From: a virus
Length of the DNA stretch: 64,000 bases
Direction: 5' to 3' (one strand)
IMG/VR virus record: IMGVR_UViG_3300044908_000045
Location: 1 to 64,000 of that record
A program made the position numbers and the translations under genes. Below, piece by piece: positions 46,067 to 56,493 of the stretch. The notes below the pieces were generated by a model, which was not told the origin of the DNA, did not search any database, and worked only from the letters and a program-made list of their open reading frames with translations. How positions within the stretch are numbered: the stretch's first letter is position 1; every line of letters begins with the position of its first letter.

Positions 46067-47166
46067 GGCGTCTTGCCTTCCTCGCGCTGCTCTTGGCGCT
46101 GTGCGCCTTCAGCCCACATAGGTTCGCGGGGTTTGTAGGGGGGGCGTCCCCCACCTATCAGGGGGTGTGCGATGTCATCGTCGGCGGGTGCGCCGTCGCC
46201 TACGATGTCGATCGGTCGCCGACCAGTGCTTACAGTGGCCCCCTGTTCCAGTTATGGAACGGCTCATCGACACTGAATGTCGGGCAGACCGCAAATCATA
46301 CCGTCGATCTTTCAACCTACGCGGCGTTCTGCGGCGGCAGCATGACCTCGACGACCCACTACGGCACTGCGGTCCTAGTGTCAACGACGTGCTATTACGC
46401 GGCATTTTACGACGCCATCCAAGGCTCGCCCAACACGCTGGTCCCGATCACGATCAATACTCAGTACGGCCCGAACTGCACTGGTGGCGGTCCCTACCTC
46501 TGCGCCGCGCCGTTCGAGATCGAGGTCGCCACCGGGTTGCCGATCGTCGATACCCGAGTGGCCAATACGAACGGTTTTTACGGCGATTACTACATCTCCG
46601 GGGATGCCAATTCGACCGGAGTGACCGGTGGTTCTTCCCCGTCGAGTGTGCTGATAAACGAACAGGATCAGCCGATCGCCGTCTGCTGCGGACACTTTGA
46701 ACTCGCACACCTGAACAGCCTCCCCGACAACCCCAACGACGGTTACGATCTGGGGCCGGGTGTCTGGTATGGAAACGGGCTCATCTCCGGCAACCAATGC
46801 GGATCGAGCACGACCTACTGCCTGCGGATGGAGGGCGGCGGCAATCCGACGCTGCCGCTAGGCGATTACGCTACCTCTCAGGGTAACAGGGTCACCATTG
46901 GTGCATGGGATACGGTTACTGGCGGCATGCCTATCCATAGCTATGTCAACGGAACCTTTCTTGCTGATTTCAGCGATCACGTTAACACCGATCTGGCGAT
47001 CCATCTCGGTGGCGGCGGCGATCTAAGCCAGCCAGCGCCATGCTTCTGCCGAGAGATGATTATCACCAACGGGACGATGAGCCAGGCTGATGCGACGGAT
47101 GCGCAGAACAACATCCAGGCTTTCTTTTCGACGCTGACCTTCCCTTCTCCGTGTGGATCATGTTGA
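46063..47166 (+). CDS. Secreted protein resembling the GH54 alpha-L-arabinofuranosidase B catalytic domain
   Basis: CDVIVGGC..AYSGPLFQL, VCCGHF, AIHLGGGGDLS resemble GH54 motifs; signal peptide. Confidence 0.6.
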   Translation: MRRLAFLALLLALCAFSPHRFAGFVGGASPTYQGVCDVIVGGCAVAYDVDRSPTSAYSGPLFQLWNGSSTLNVGQTANHTVDLSTYAAFCGGSMTSTTHYGTAVLVSTTCYYAAFYDAIQGSPNTLVPITINTQYGPNCTGGGPYLCAAPFEIEVATGLPIVDTRVANTNGFYGDYYISGDANSTGVTGGSSPSSVLINEQDQPIAVCCGHFELAHLNSLPDNPNDGYDLGPGVWYGNGLISGNQCGSSTTYCLRMEGGGNPTLPLGDYATSQGNRVTIGAWDTVTGGMPIHSYVNGTFLADFSDHVNTDLAIHLGGGGDLSQPAPCFCREMIITNGTMSQADATDAQNNIQAFFSTLTFPSPCGSC

Positions 47167-47831
47167 AAATACTCGCATTCATAGCGATGATGCTGCCCGC
47201 AGCGGCGATGGCGCAGACCATTACTGCTCCGGCCGGAACCGTCACGACATCGGACGGGGCTTCGTGGAGCTGGGGCGGGACCGCACCGCAGGCCGGGCAG
47301 TACTACGTCCTGCGCAACGGCGTGTCCGCCGACGGTGGTGAGGCTGCGGTCATGGAAGTCTCCGGCGGCGCGCTGTACGCCGAGAACACCTCGGTCTCTC
47401 CGGGCGTGTGGTTCCTGTGGAACGGCTCCGGCTGGACCCAAGAGGCAAGCGCCCCTTCGCCATCGACCGGGGGCGGCACTACCACGACCGGCGGGTCCTC
47501 TGGCGGGAGCACCACGCCAACGTCGTCGAGCGGCAGTGGTCCTACGCTGTTGACGGGGAGCCAGACCCTCTCGACACTCGGCCCTTCGTATGAGGCTCAG
47601 ACTGGGACGGGCATCGTGCGAATCACGTTGCCCGCTTGCCCCCAAGCCAGCAGTTTTTGGGACGCTATCGGGGATGGTGATCTGCGGCTGACCCTCTCGT
47701 CGGGAAACTGGGCCAACCTGCCGGCGAGCAACCAGGAAGTATCCCTATCGGTCTACGGAAACGCGACGGCTACCACGTACTGCGGGTCTGATGGCAACTG
47801 GCGCATCTCCTTCGGCGGCGCGCCCCCTTGA
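47160..47831 (+). CDS. Secreted two-domain protein with S/T/G linker
   Basis: MLKILAFIAMMLPAAAMA signal; WFLWNGSGW. Confidence 0.65.
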   Translation: MLKILAFIAMMLPAAAMAQTITAPAGTVTTSDGASWSWGGTAPQAGQYYVLRNGVSADGGEAAVMEVSGGALYAENTSVSPGVWFLWNGSGWTQEASAPSPSTGGGTTTTGGSSGGSTTPTSSSGSGPTLLTGSQTLSTLGPSYEAQTGTGIVRITLPACPQASSFWDAIGDGDLRLTLSSGNWANLPASNQEVSLSVYGNATATTYCGSDGNWRISFGGAPP

Positions 47832-47966
47832 GCGTCCGGCTTACACCGCTGAATATATTGTGCCTAGCCGTATGGTTCTGGTGGCCGTGGTCGCTATTCG
47901 TCGATTGCGCGAATTACGCGCTGAAGATTCTGATCTCGATGTCATTGTGGCCGACGATATCGTAAC

Positions 47967-50900
47967 ATGAGCGAAGTCCGCAAAGCCGTTCTCCGGTTTA
48001 CCCGGCGCTCGATCGCGCAGGCGCTTCTCGCGGCGCTCGGGCTCGGGGTGCTGCCGCAGGCGGTTGAGGCGTTCCGGCCGCATCTTTTCGGCGGCGGCGC
48101 GGCTGGCTCTGGGCCGCCACCACAGACGATCTTCTCTATCACCCTCTTGCCCACCACGTATACGGCCGGCGTAGCGAACGGCGTCGTCGGCACCGTGACG
48201 GTGCTGATGAGCAACGGCAACTCGCCGGGGCCGAGCGGCACCCTGTCGATCACCGGGACAAACAGCGGCGGATTCCATCTGTCGGGTACGTCGTCGGGTG
48301 CGTCCCTGCTGCAAAATTCGGGTGGTACCACCGGAGTCGGGCCGTACAGCGATTTCAACATCGTCTACACCCAAGCGGGCATCTCTAACTCGCCGCAGCA
48401 GATCACGCCGACGGTCGCTCAGGGCGCGACGTTCCCGATGAACATCACGCTCGTCAATTCTGGCGGATCGACGCAATCGGCGGGCGCGGTGATGCAGCCT
48501 TTTGGGTTGCCGTTCCGCGACGGCGACATGACGCCGAGCCAGGTCCCGGTCTTCACCGTTAGCGGGGTATCGCAGCCGTTCTCCTACGGTCTCCGATCGT
48601 ACTACCCATCCGGCAATCTGCGCTTCGTCTCGATTATGCTGCTCCAGACGGGGTTCAGCCTCGGTGCGGGCGCGTCGATCGCCTGTACGGTGTCGGCGGC
48701 GACCGGATCGTGGCCGGCCGCGTCAGGCCGTAGCCTGACCGATGTCTACAACCAGCAGCTTGTCGTCAACGCGCCGCCGTTGGCTCTGACCGATCCTGGC
48801 GGCATGGCGAACGGAGCCCTTCCTGGCGGCGGGGTCCAAGTTTCGGCATGGTTGCGGAGCGACGCTAACAACTACAAGCAAGTCCAGTGGATGGACGGGG
48901 CGGCCGGTGCGGCATGGCGCGTCAGCACTAACATGGCCCACACTATCGGCGGCACGGCCGATACCTTCCTCAAGTTCGATCACTACATCTTTGCGCTCAA
49001 CAACTCGTCTGGTAGTTTGGCTGGGTTCCGGTGGATGGGCCGGATGCGGATGCCGAACTATGCCGTCACTACGAGCGGCAACAATAATTTCTTCTGCGCC
49101 CCCCCGAACTCAGGGTCGCCGACTTCGGGCTTGAACTGGCAGATCAACCCCGGTGGTGCTGGCGTCCAGACGTTCCTGCCGCCGTGGCCGTTTGCCGCCG
49201 TCACCGACATGACCGCCGAGGTTACGTTCACCGGCACGGCCACACTCTCGAACGGCTCCGGTGGTTCAGGCAATATCCTCGATGTAACCTCGGTCATCAG
49301 CGGCTCGATCAGCAATGGCACGCAACAGGGTGTCACCGGCGCTAACGTGGCTTTGGAAGAGGGCTCATTTTTTGAGCCTTATGGCACTTCCGGGACAACA
49401 GGGACGGGAGGCGTCGGCACCTATGCCATCGGCAACACGCCTGGCGGTCTGATCACGAGCCCGATTGACATTTTTACTCCTGGGACGCTGAACACAACGA
49501 CCGGGGCAACAGTCTGGTCGACCAGCCCCGGCAATAATTTCGTCCCGGTGCAATTTTCCGGGTCGGTCCCAGCTCCCTGGTCCGCTGGATACGTGTATTG
49601 GGGCTTGATAAATGCAAACGCCCCGCCCGCCAACTTCCAGGCCCTCAACACGACGTTTACCGCCCCCAACTCCGTACAAGTCCCGCAGGCCCCTGCGACA
49701 TTCACCGCGACTCCGGTCGTGGGGTTCTGCCCGTTCACGTCGATAATGTTCGCCAACTCGGAAGCAAAGTATAACTATTTCCAGGGATCGGGATCTCAAT
49801 CCGCCGATACGACGCTGCGGATGCAGATCAATCAAACATATTGGCAGTCGGCTAAGCTGATACCGCCTTACGATACCACGCTGTCTAGTGCAGAGATAAC
49901 TGATACTACCTACAATTACAGTTGGAATTGCTATAATGCTGGGCCTATATCGGCCGGGATAAGCGGCGGCGGAGACAGCGAATGGATCGGCGTGTTGACG
50001 AATTACGCCGTCGTCGATTTCTACAATCAGTCAGCAGCTAGCGATACTCAGAACCGTTACGTCGGCCTCGCCGCCGCGATGATGTGCTTCGACATCAAGA
50101 ACCCGACACTCGATACCGTCGTCAACGTCTCGAATACTTCCTATACAGGATTGCCGTCGCCAACTACGGCGCTTTGTTCGGGAGGCAACGGCGGGACGCC
50201 TACAGGATACACGCAGCCTGGACCGGGAACCGCCGGCGCCTTATTCTTTCAGGCGGCCGATGCATCGCATGTGCCGTTCTTCTCTTTTTGGCCATACATC
50301 CGCACCGGAGAACTACAATACTACGATTTGCTCGTCGAGCAAGGAATGGGGGCCGAGCTATTATATCTTGGCGCGGGTGCTCGCAATCCGAGTTCCGCGA
50401 ACGGCGACAGCCCGTACAGCGGCACGACCTATGGCGTTGTGACTTACGCCATTCAAGAGGCGCGGGGCACCGGCTGGGGGTTCCGCAATCTCGCTACTGC
50501 GGCGCTTATCGGGCCGTGGAACCCGACGGACCCAACGTACCTCTGGGACGGGACGCAGCAAGTTAAGTACCTCAACGATCTCGCTGACGTGAGTGCGTCG
50601 TTTACGATCGACCAGTGGAATTACAATCCTTCCGGTGTCTTCACGCCCTATGCTGCTGGTGCCTCCATGTGGACGCAATATCAGTACAATGCTAACAGCG
50701 GGAGCCCCGGCTTCAACGCGAGCCCGCTATGGGAGAATTGCTACATTGGGCTCGCGCACTGCTATAGCGCGCTGCGCGGGACATCGACTGCCACGAAAAG
50801 CCTCGCCTTCATTAACCTGATGATCGCTCGCCTGAACTACATTAACACAACCTATGGTGGCTTCTGGCCCTGCTACGCCTATGTCGATCAGAAAACGATT

Positions 50901-51530
50901 GCGGTTCCCGGTGGCGGCAATGTCGGGACGGTGCTAATAACCGAAGACGCTCAGTATGTAACAACACCCATCGCGGCCTGGGACCCGGTAAATTTGACGT
51001 TCGCGCCGAACTCGGGTGGCACCACGAACGCCTTCGTCATGAATAACATAACAAATAACGGCTACACGCCGGCTAATGGCGATGTGATCATGCCGTCCGA
51101 TTACAATGGATCCGGCCCACCGCTCTATCCGTCGGAGCTAAGTATTACTACGCCGTATTATATTGTGGAGATTGATTTCGCGCCGGGCGGTGGGAATTAC
51201 GCGAGTTTCAACTTATCAGCTACGAAGGGCGGTTCGGCGATCGCCATCGCGAGCACGAGCAGCGGCGGCAATCTGCAATTCAATTACATGCCCGGCCCGA
51301 CGAACCAGCCCCCGGCTGATATATCCTTTGCCCCAAACTTCATGTTCCAGGTCCGTGCGCTTGTGGCATGGGGCAACGCACTGGGCGCTTCTGGCGCCGC
51401 GCCACAGCTTGCCGACGCGGCTTTCCGTTTGAATAACAACAATCAGGGTTTCGGCCCTGGCCTTTACTTCGCCGGGGCCGGTGACAACCCGATTGATGCG
51501 CGGTATTGCCTAGCGAGCACTTACGCATGA
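47967..51530 (+). CDS. Large exported protein, possibly a polysaccharide lyase (RIFT-barrel plus alpha/alpha barrel, YetA/PcRGLX-like)
   Basis: Tat-like TRRSIAQALLAAL; FGLPFRDGD..YPSGNLRF; DASHVP..PYIRTGE..QEARGTGWGFRNL. Confidence 0.6.
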   Translation: MSEVRKAVLRFTRRSIAQALLAALGLGVLPQAVEAFRPHLFGGGAAGSGPPPQTIFSITLLPTTYTAGVANGVVGTVTVLMSNGNSPGPSGTLSITGTNSGGFHLSGTSSGASLLQNSGGTTGVGPYSDFNIVYTQAGISNSPQQITPTVAQGATFPMNITLVNSGGSTQSAGAVMQPFGLPFRDGDMTPSQVPVFTVSGVSQPFSYGLRSYYPSGNLRFVSIMLLQTGFSLGAGASIACTVSAATGSWPAASGRSLTDVYNQQLVVNAPPLALTDPGGMANGALPGGGVQVSAWLRSDANNYKQVQWMDGAAGAAWRVSTNMAHTIGGTADTFLKFDHYIFALNNSSGSLAGFRWMGRMRMPNYAVTTSGNNNFFCAPPNSGSPTSGLNWQINPGGAGVQTFLPPWPFAAVTDMTAEVTFTGTATLSNGSGGSGNILDVTSVISGSISNGTQQGVTGANVALEEGSFFEPYGTSGTTGTGGVGTYAIGNTPGGLITSPIDIFTPGTLNTTTGATVWSTSPGNNFVPVQFSGSVPAPWSAGYVYWGLINANAPPANFQALNTTFTAPNSVQVPQAPATFTATPVVGFCPFTSIMFANSEAKYNYFQGSGSQSADTTLRMQINQTYWQSAKLIPPYDTTLSSAEITDTTYNYSWNCYNAGPISAGISGGGDSEWIGVLTNYAVVDFYNQSAASDTQNRYVGLAAAMMCFDIKNPTLDTVVNVSNTSYTGLPSPTTALCSGGNGGTPTGYTQPGPGTAGALFFQAADASHVPFFSFWPYIRTGELQYYDLLVEQGMGAELLYLGAGARNPSSANGDSPYSGTTYGVVTYAIQEARGTGWGFRNLATAALIGPWNPTDPTYLWDGTQQVKYLNDLADVSASFTIDQWNYNPSGVFTPYAAGASMWTQYQYNANSGSPGFNASPLWENCYIGLAHCYSALRGTSTATKSLAFINLMIARLNYINTTYGGFWPCYAYVDQKTIAVPGGGNVGTVLITEDAQYVTTPIAAWDPVNLTFAPNSGGTTNAFVMNNITNNGYTPANGDVIMPSDYNGSGPPLYPSELSITTPYYIVEIDFAPGGGNYASFNLSATKGGSAIAIASTSSGGNLQFNYMPGPTNQPPADISFAPNFMFQVRALVAWGNALGASGAAPQLADAAFRLNNNNQGFGPGLYFAGAGDNPIDARYCLASTYA

Positions 51531-51792
51531 GGATCGTGTAATGGTCATCCGCGAGCACGTCTTCAACAACACGCCGGCGAGCGACCGATGCACGGTGCCC
51601 GGCTGCGGGGTGCCGTATGTCGAGCGGGAGCAGCGGGCTTGCATGCCGAGGGAGGTGCAGCGCGCCGTATCGCTGTCGTATCACTGCATCGACAGCACCG
51701 AGGTCGGAGACCGGCGCCGTGAGATATTCGGCGCCCCGGCGCATTACGATAAAGAAGGGAAGTGATTGGGCTCTATATCGTTGTCAGATAAG

Positions 51793-52458
51793 ATGATCTA
51801 TAAAGCAGCAGTCGTCGGGCTTCTCTTCGCTCTGGTGTCATGTTCGTCCGTTCCGGCACCGCCGACGCAGCCCAGCATGGCCAACATCCTCGCCGTACAG
51901 CAGGAACTCGCGGCCGAGCAGGTCGCCGGGCTGACGCCGCTGCAGGCGCTAGAATATGGTATGCTGGGCGAGCAGCGGGCCTGCGACGCGTGGCTGGAGG
52001 CGTCGGCGTCGCGGGCGAACAAGATCGCGAACGCGCAGAACGCGCTCTCGAACGCGACCGGAGCGACCGCCGGGATCATGGGTATTCTCGGTGCTGGCGG
52101 CCCGGCGGTCGCGGGGGCTGCTATCGGTGGGACGTTCCTCGGAAACGTCCTGACGACGCAAGCCGGCGCCGGGCTGTCCGATGGCGATGCGTATCTGATC
52201 GCGAATGCCCTACAGCAGTACGAGGCGAACCTATCTATGCCGACCGACTTGGCTGCGGCGAGCCTTCAGATCGAGGGCGCGTGGATGACGTGCAATCAGT
52301 TCGCGGCGAATCAGTATGGTGAGCGCGCCAAGCTGACGGCGCAGGTGACAGCCAGCTCGCCAGTCTCGTCTAGTTCGTCGCTATCGCAAGCTCTGCAGCG
52401 CAATGCGGGGCTATACGTGCTGCCGCCGGTCCCGGTAGTGCAGATTAACGGACACTGA
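51793..52458 (+). CDS. Lipoprotein
   Basis: Lipobox LVSC after a hydrophobic stretch; glycine-zipper-like hairpin. Confidence 0.65.
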   Translation: MIYKAAVVGLLFALVSCSSVPAPPTQPSMANILAVQQELAAEQVAGLTPLQALEYGMLGEQRACDAWLEASASRANKIANAQNALSNATGATAGIMGILGAGGPAVAGAAIGGTFLGNVLTTQAGAGLSDGDAYLIANALQQYEANLSMPTDLAAASLQIEGAWMTCNQFAANQYGERAKLTAQVTASSPVSSSSSLSQALQRNAGLYVLPPVPVVQINGH

Positions 52459-52470
52459 GGAAGAATCGCG

Positions 52471-52869
52471 ATGATCTCCGAGACTCTCGCCGCTCTGGTG
52501 GATAAGGTACATTGCAAACCAGGTTGGTTTTTCAGGATCGTCGAAGAGGACGGCGCGGGACGATTGGTAATAACGGTCGAGGGCTACGACAGCAGCCAAC
52601 CGTCCAAAAGAATGCCGTTCACAGTCCGACATTTCTTTCCGATACCCCAAGCCACGTACAACGAGAAGACGTGGCGGCGGTGGATATTCGAGCAGTGCCG
52701 ACGGTTGGAGAACCACGAATTGGGAGAATGGTTCAGGGTCGGCGCGGAACGGCCCTTTGCCCCATTGCATGGAAAAGGCGAGGACCCTTATACTGTGCAC
52801 GAATTCCGTGACGGAATAGATGCTCGTATTACCCAAGACGGATCGATTCGGGAACCTTATCTAGAATGA
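52471..52869 (+). CDS. Conserved hypothetical phage protein
   Basis: HFFPIP.ATYN..W.RW..HE..EWF..RPFAP.H..G.DPY. Confidence 0.7.
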   Translation: MISETLAALVDKVHCKPGWFFRIVEEDGAGRLVITVEGYDSSQPSKRMPFTVRHFFPIPQATYNEKTWRRWIFEQCRRLENHELGEWFRVGAERPFAPLHGKGEDPYTVHEFRDGIDARITQDGSIREPYLE

Positions 52870-53312
52870 CTCCGGCCGAACGTTCGCGGCGCTGGCGTCT
52901 AATACCTGGGAACCTGGAACGCGAAACGGCAGCGAAAGAAGCTAGGCGCCTCGCGGACCCTGAGAAATGGCGTGAGGAAAAACGCGCGTCTGGCACTAGA
53001 TGGCGCGAGGCGCATCGCGACGAAACAAACGCCAAGGCTGTCGCCCAGCGGATCGAACTAAGGGCACTCGCTATTGCCGCCTATGGGGGCCGGTGTAGCT
53101 GCCCTGGTTGTCACGTCCACCACGCTGAGCTTCTGACCATCGACCACATCAACGGCGGCGCGCAGCATCGACAGAACCGTCGATCAACACGAGATGTTTA
53201 CCGATGGCTTCAGAAGAACAACTACCCGCCCGATTTTCAATTGCTCTGCGGATCATGCAATCTGGCGAAATCCAACCGAACTTCATGCCCCCTCGCAGGA
53301 CAGGATCATTGA
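52866..53312 (+). CDS. HNH homing endonuclease
   Basis: AYGGRCSC..LTIDHINGGA.HR..YP..FQLLCGSCN.AK. Confidence 0.88.
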   Translation: MTPAERSRRWRLIPGNLERETAAKEARRLADPEKWREEKRASGTRWREAHRDETNAKAVAQRIELRALAIAAYGGRCSCPGCHVHHAELLTIDHINGGAQHRQNRRSTRDVYRWLQKNNYPPDFQLLCGSCNLAKSNRTSCPLAGQDH

Positions 53313-53398
53313 CCCACACGGTTCACGAGTTTCGCCCCGAGACCGATGCACTTACGACCCAGGACGGCTCAATGCGAGAACCGTATGGCGATACCTAG
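53311..53398 (+). pseudogene. Displaced duplicate 3' end of the 52471-52869 gene
   Basis: Encodes TVHEFRPETDALTTQDGSMREPYGDT*, versus TVHEFRDGIDARITQDGSIREPYLE* upstream. Confidence 0.8.
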
Positions 53399-53449
53399 AC
53401 AATGATGAAGTTCTCCCGCGTCACCCGACATTAAAGGATAACCATTCAG

Positions 53450-53776
53450 ATGCCATTTCTCCCGGTCAACGGCAAAGATTTCTCCCAGGTTGCGGTGGGT
53501 GTCGAGCACTTCCTACACGTCGATGCGATCGAGAAGGTATTGGATGCGCTGCCGCCGTTTGAGGGCTGGACGGCATCGCAATATTTCAGCGCCGCAATGC
53601 AGATGGCCGGCCAAGGCGCCGACGACCTCTACGCGTCGGATGCCAAGCACGGTGAGCAGATCGCAGCGCTGCAGGCCCGGTTGGATCAGCTTGAGGCTGA
53701 TCTTGCTGGGCTACGTTTGGAGGACGGACGACAGCAAGAGCAGATCAACACGCTGATGGCCACGGTCTCGAAGTGA
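53450..53776 (+). CDS. Hypothetical protein with C-terminal coiled coil
   Basis: AAGGA RBS. Confidence 0.55.
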   Translation: MPFLPVNGKDFSQVAVGVEHFLHVDAIEKVLDALPPFEGWTASQYFSAAMQMAGQGADDLYASDAKHGEQIAALQARLDQLEADLAGLRLEDGRQQEQINTLMATVSK

Positions 53777-55275
53777 AGTTCTCCCGCGTCACCCTCGCCG
53801 AATTCAAGGTCTGCGTAAAAGCAGGGTTCGCTTTCTACGCTGGCTACAAGCTAGGCGAGAACTATCGTCTCGGGGCGATCGAAGAATCGCGCGCCAAGAA
53901 GGCCGATCCCGAGGCTTGGCAACTCGGCTACGATCTGGCAACCAAGCGGCACGTTTACTCGGGTAGTGATCCGTGAGTCAGTCAATAGGTGATTCGTAAC
54001 CATGACCGATACGTCGAATATCCTCTTCAAACTGTTAGAACGTGAGCGCAAACGGCACGAACGTGCCTTAGATGGCCTGCTCAGGCGAGCTTCCGCAATA
54101 GACATGTACGTGCCTGGTGCAAATCCGTTTCTTTATCCGGGCACCTTCCGTGGGCCTTTCAGAGCAGAACCGCCAGTCGTTCCATCCGCTCAAAGAAAGA
54201 GTGACACATGACCTATTCCGTGGACGAATTGCGCTATCTACTGGCAAACATCGAGGGGGACCGCAGCTACAGTGGTCCCGTGCTTCAAACCGTGGACAGC
54301 ACGCGAGTCCTGATCAGCGCCGTCAGAATGTTGGGTGAGTATCCAGGAGATCAATGGGGCGACAAGGTGCGCGAGATGATCGCGGCGATAGAGCGGTGAG
54401 AAAGGTAGCAAAGTGAACCTACGCGATTTCGAGTTCGGCAACCCGAAAGTGAACGCTGCGGGCTTCTCGTGTTGCGGTAAGCCGGTGGGCTGCACCATTA
54501 AAAGCGAAGGCTGCGCTTATCTACATCATCCGTGGAAGCGCGCGCATGTCTTCGGCGATCCAACGGTGCGTTGTCAAGCTACGTGCTTACGTCCACATCC
54601 TGACAGCGGCGTTGTCGTCGGAATGCAATGCTCTTTGAAACACGGCCATGAGGGCGAGTGTGTCCCTGAGCCGATCCGGGTGCGCGAGATGATCGCGACG
54701 GCGACGTGCCCTACGACATAAGCACCCCGGCGGCCGAGGAACGCTGCCGCTACTCTTGTAAAGACCCGCGCTGTCGTCCGGATGGCTGCGGTTATCGACA
54801 GTGGCGCGAGGCGAATGGTTGGGATCGAACGGTGTCGACTCAAACACCGGCAGAATCGTTGCGCGACCTGGCACGAGGCGAAGAGGATGATGGCGTTATC
54901 GTTACTGGACCACCATCGTGACTATTTGAGAGGGCGAAAATATGACAAAATCGCCTGAGTTCGAGAAAATCACGGCCGACACTATCAAGAGCATCAAGGA
55001 AGACTTCCAGAAATCCCTGGAACCGAACGTTGCGCATCGGCGGAATCTCGATAAATCCATCGTCGAGCAGGTCGAAGCCGATTTAGACAGCTTGGTCGAA
55101 AAGCATAGCGAATGATAGTCGATAAGCTTCCGCCGGGTCCGGCTTTCATACAGGCTCAGGACGACGAGATGGACGACTGCGACGAGTGCCGCGAAACGTG
55201 CCGCGTTCCGGACGGCTACGTTTGGCAGCCAGCGACGATCGGCACTGCGGCCGGTTGGATACGATGGAAAGCTGA

Positions 55276-55938
55276 ATGATCGTCGCCACCGCCGTCCCAA
55301 GCCTTGGGTTCGACACCGATACGGTGGTGTCGCCTGCTGTCGCCAAGCAATTCTTTAGCTTGGGCTATCGGTGGTGTGCACGGTATGTCTCGCGCAGCGC
55401 GCCAGAGGCTGGGGATCTGACACCCGAGGAAATCTCCACTATCCTTGCTGCCGGTCTGGCATTGATCGTCGTGCAGCATGCGCCTGAGCCGAACTGGACG
55501 CCGAATGATGCAGAGGGTTTGGCTTGGGGTCGAGCCGCAGTTGCCAATGTCGAAGCGCTTGGTATTCCGCCTGGGTTGTCGATCGCCAAAGATCACGAAG
55601 GCGTCAATGTGAGCGGCAGAGCGAGTATGGTTGCGGCGGTTTCGGCAGCGCACATCAATTTATGGTCTGCGGTGGTGAGAACCGCCAAGTACGAGCCATT
55701 GCTCTATGTGGGGTTCGACTGCGGTCTCGACGCGACACAATTGTACGACAATCTGACGCCGACCCGCTATTGGAAATCGGCCTCTAATGTGCCCACGCCA
55801 GTAAAGCGCGGGTACTGCATGGAGCAGTTGAACATCAACCAAACGCGTGTGGTAGACGGACAGCCATTCTCCTATGATGAGGACGTAATCATGGCAGACG
55901 CGCTGGGCGGTTTGCCGAAATGGGCAGTGGGGGGATGA
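55276..55938 (+). CDS. DUF1906/Rv2525c-like glycoside hydrolase (putative endolysin)
   Basis: GFDT..GYRWCARYV..LTPEEI..AGL..G...GRAA..LGIP..LYVG. Confidence 0.8.
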   Translation: MIVATAVPSLGFDTDTVVSPAVAKQFFSLGYRWCARYVSRSAPEAGDLTPEEISTILAAGLALIVVQHAPEPNWTPNDAEGLAWGRAAVANVEALGIPPGLSIAKDHEGVNVSGRASMVAAVSAAHINLWSAVVRTAKYEPLLYVGFDCGLDATQLYDNLTPTRYWKSASNVPTPVKRGYCMEQLNINQTRVVDGQPFSYDEDVIMADALGGLPKWAVGG

Positions 55939-56134
55939 CCGAGACCGAGCGCGAGTGCCGCCAGTCCTGGCACGAGGCCGCGATGGATCATCACGATTCC
56001 CTCGATGGCCTCGCCGAGTGGACTTCGCACCAGCAGCTGGCTTTCCGCTGTCATCACCCGGACGCGCATATGCCACCATCCGTGCGCTACCGGCTGCATC
56101 TCGGCGAGGCACGGCGGAAGCTGGGGATGCCGCC

Positions 56135-56485
56135 GTGAGCGATATCGTTTCGATTGCCTTGATCTCGGCGTCATCAGCCATAGTGGCTCCAGCGCTGCTG
56201 TCGTATCTGAACGGGCGACAACTGAAGGCAAAGGAGATGCGTGACTACGCTCGTCAGGACCAAGTAAGCGAGCGCGTCGAGGCGCTGAGGATAGAGGCGG
56301 CGCGACACGCGCACGACACGGTTCAGGCGGTAGTTGCGATGTCGGAAAATATCGAAAAGATTGAGAAGGCCACCAATTCGATGATGGCGGAAGCCCAGCG
56401 GATCGCTCTGGAGAAAGCCAAAGCCGATGCCGAACGCGCACACGCTGCTGGAGTAATAGAGGGGACTGCCAAGAAAGGTGATTGA
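56135..56485 (+). CDS. Membrane-anchored coiled-coil protein (lysis region)
   Basis: N-terminal TM; IEKATNSMM. Confidence 0.55.
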   Translation: MSDIVSIALISASSAIVAPALLSYLNGRQLKAKEMRDYARQDQVSERVEALRIEAARHAHDTVQAVVAMSENIEKIEKATNSMMAEAQRIALEKAKADAERAHAAGVIEGTAKKGD

Positions 56486-56493
56486 TAGCAGCC

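Noticed and set aside
13764-52458. Major capsid, portal or terminase genes
   Set aside because: No recognisable motifs; probably outside the window.
52783-53398. Diversity-generating retroelement TR/VR pair
   Set aside because: Differences are not confined to adenines and no reverse transcriptase is present. An HNH gene lies between the copies.
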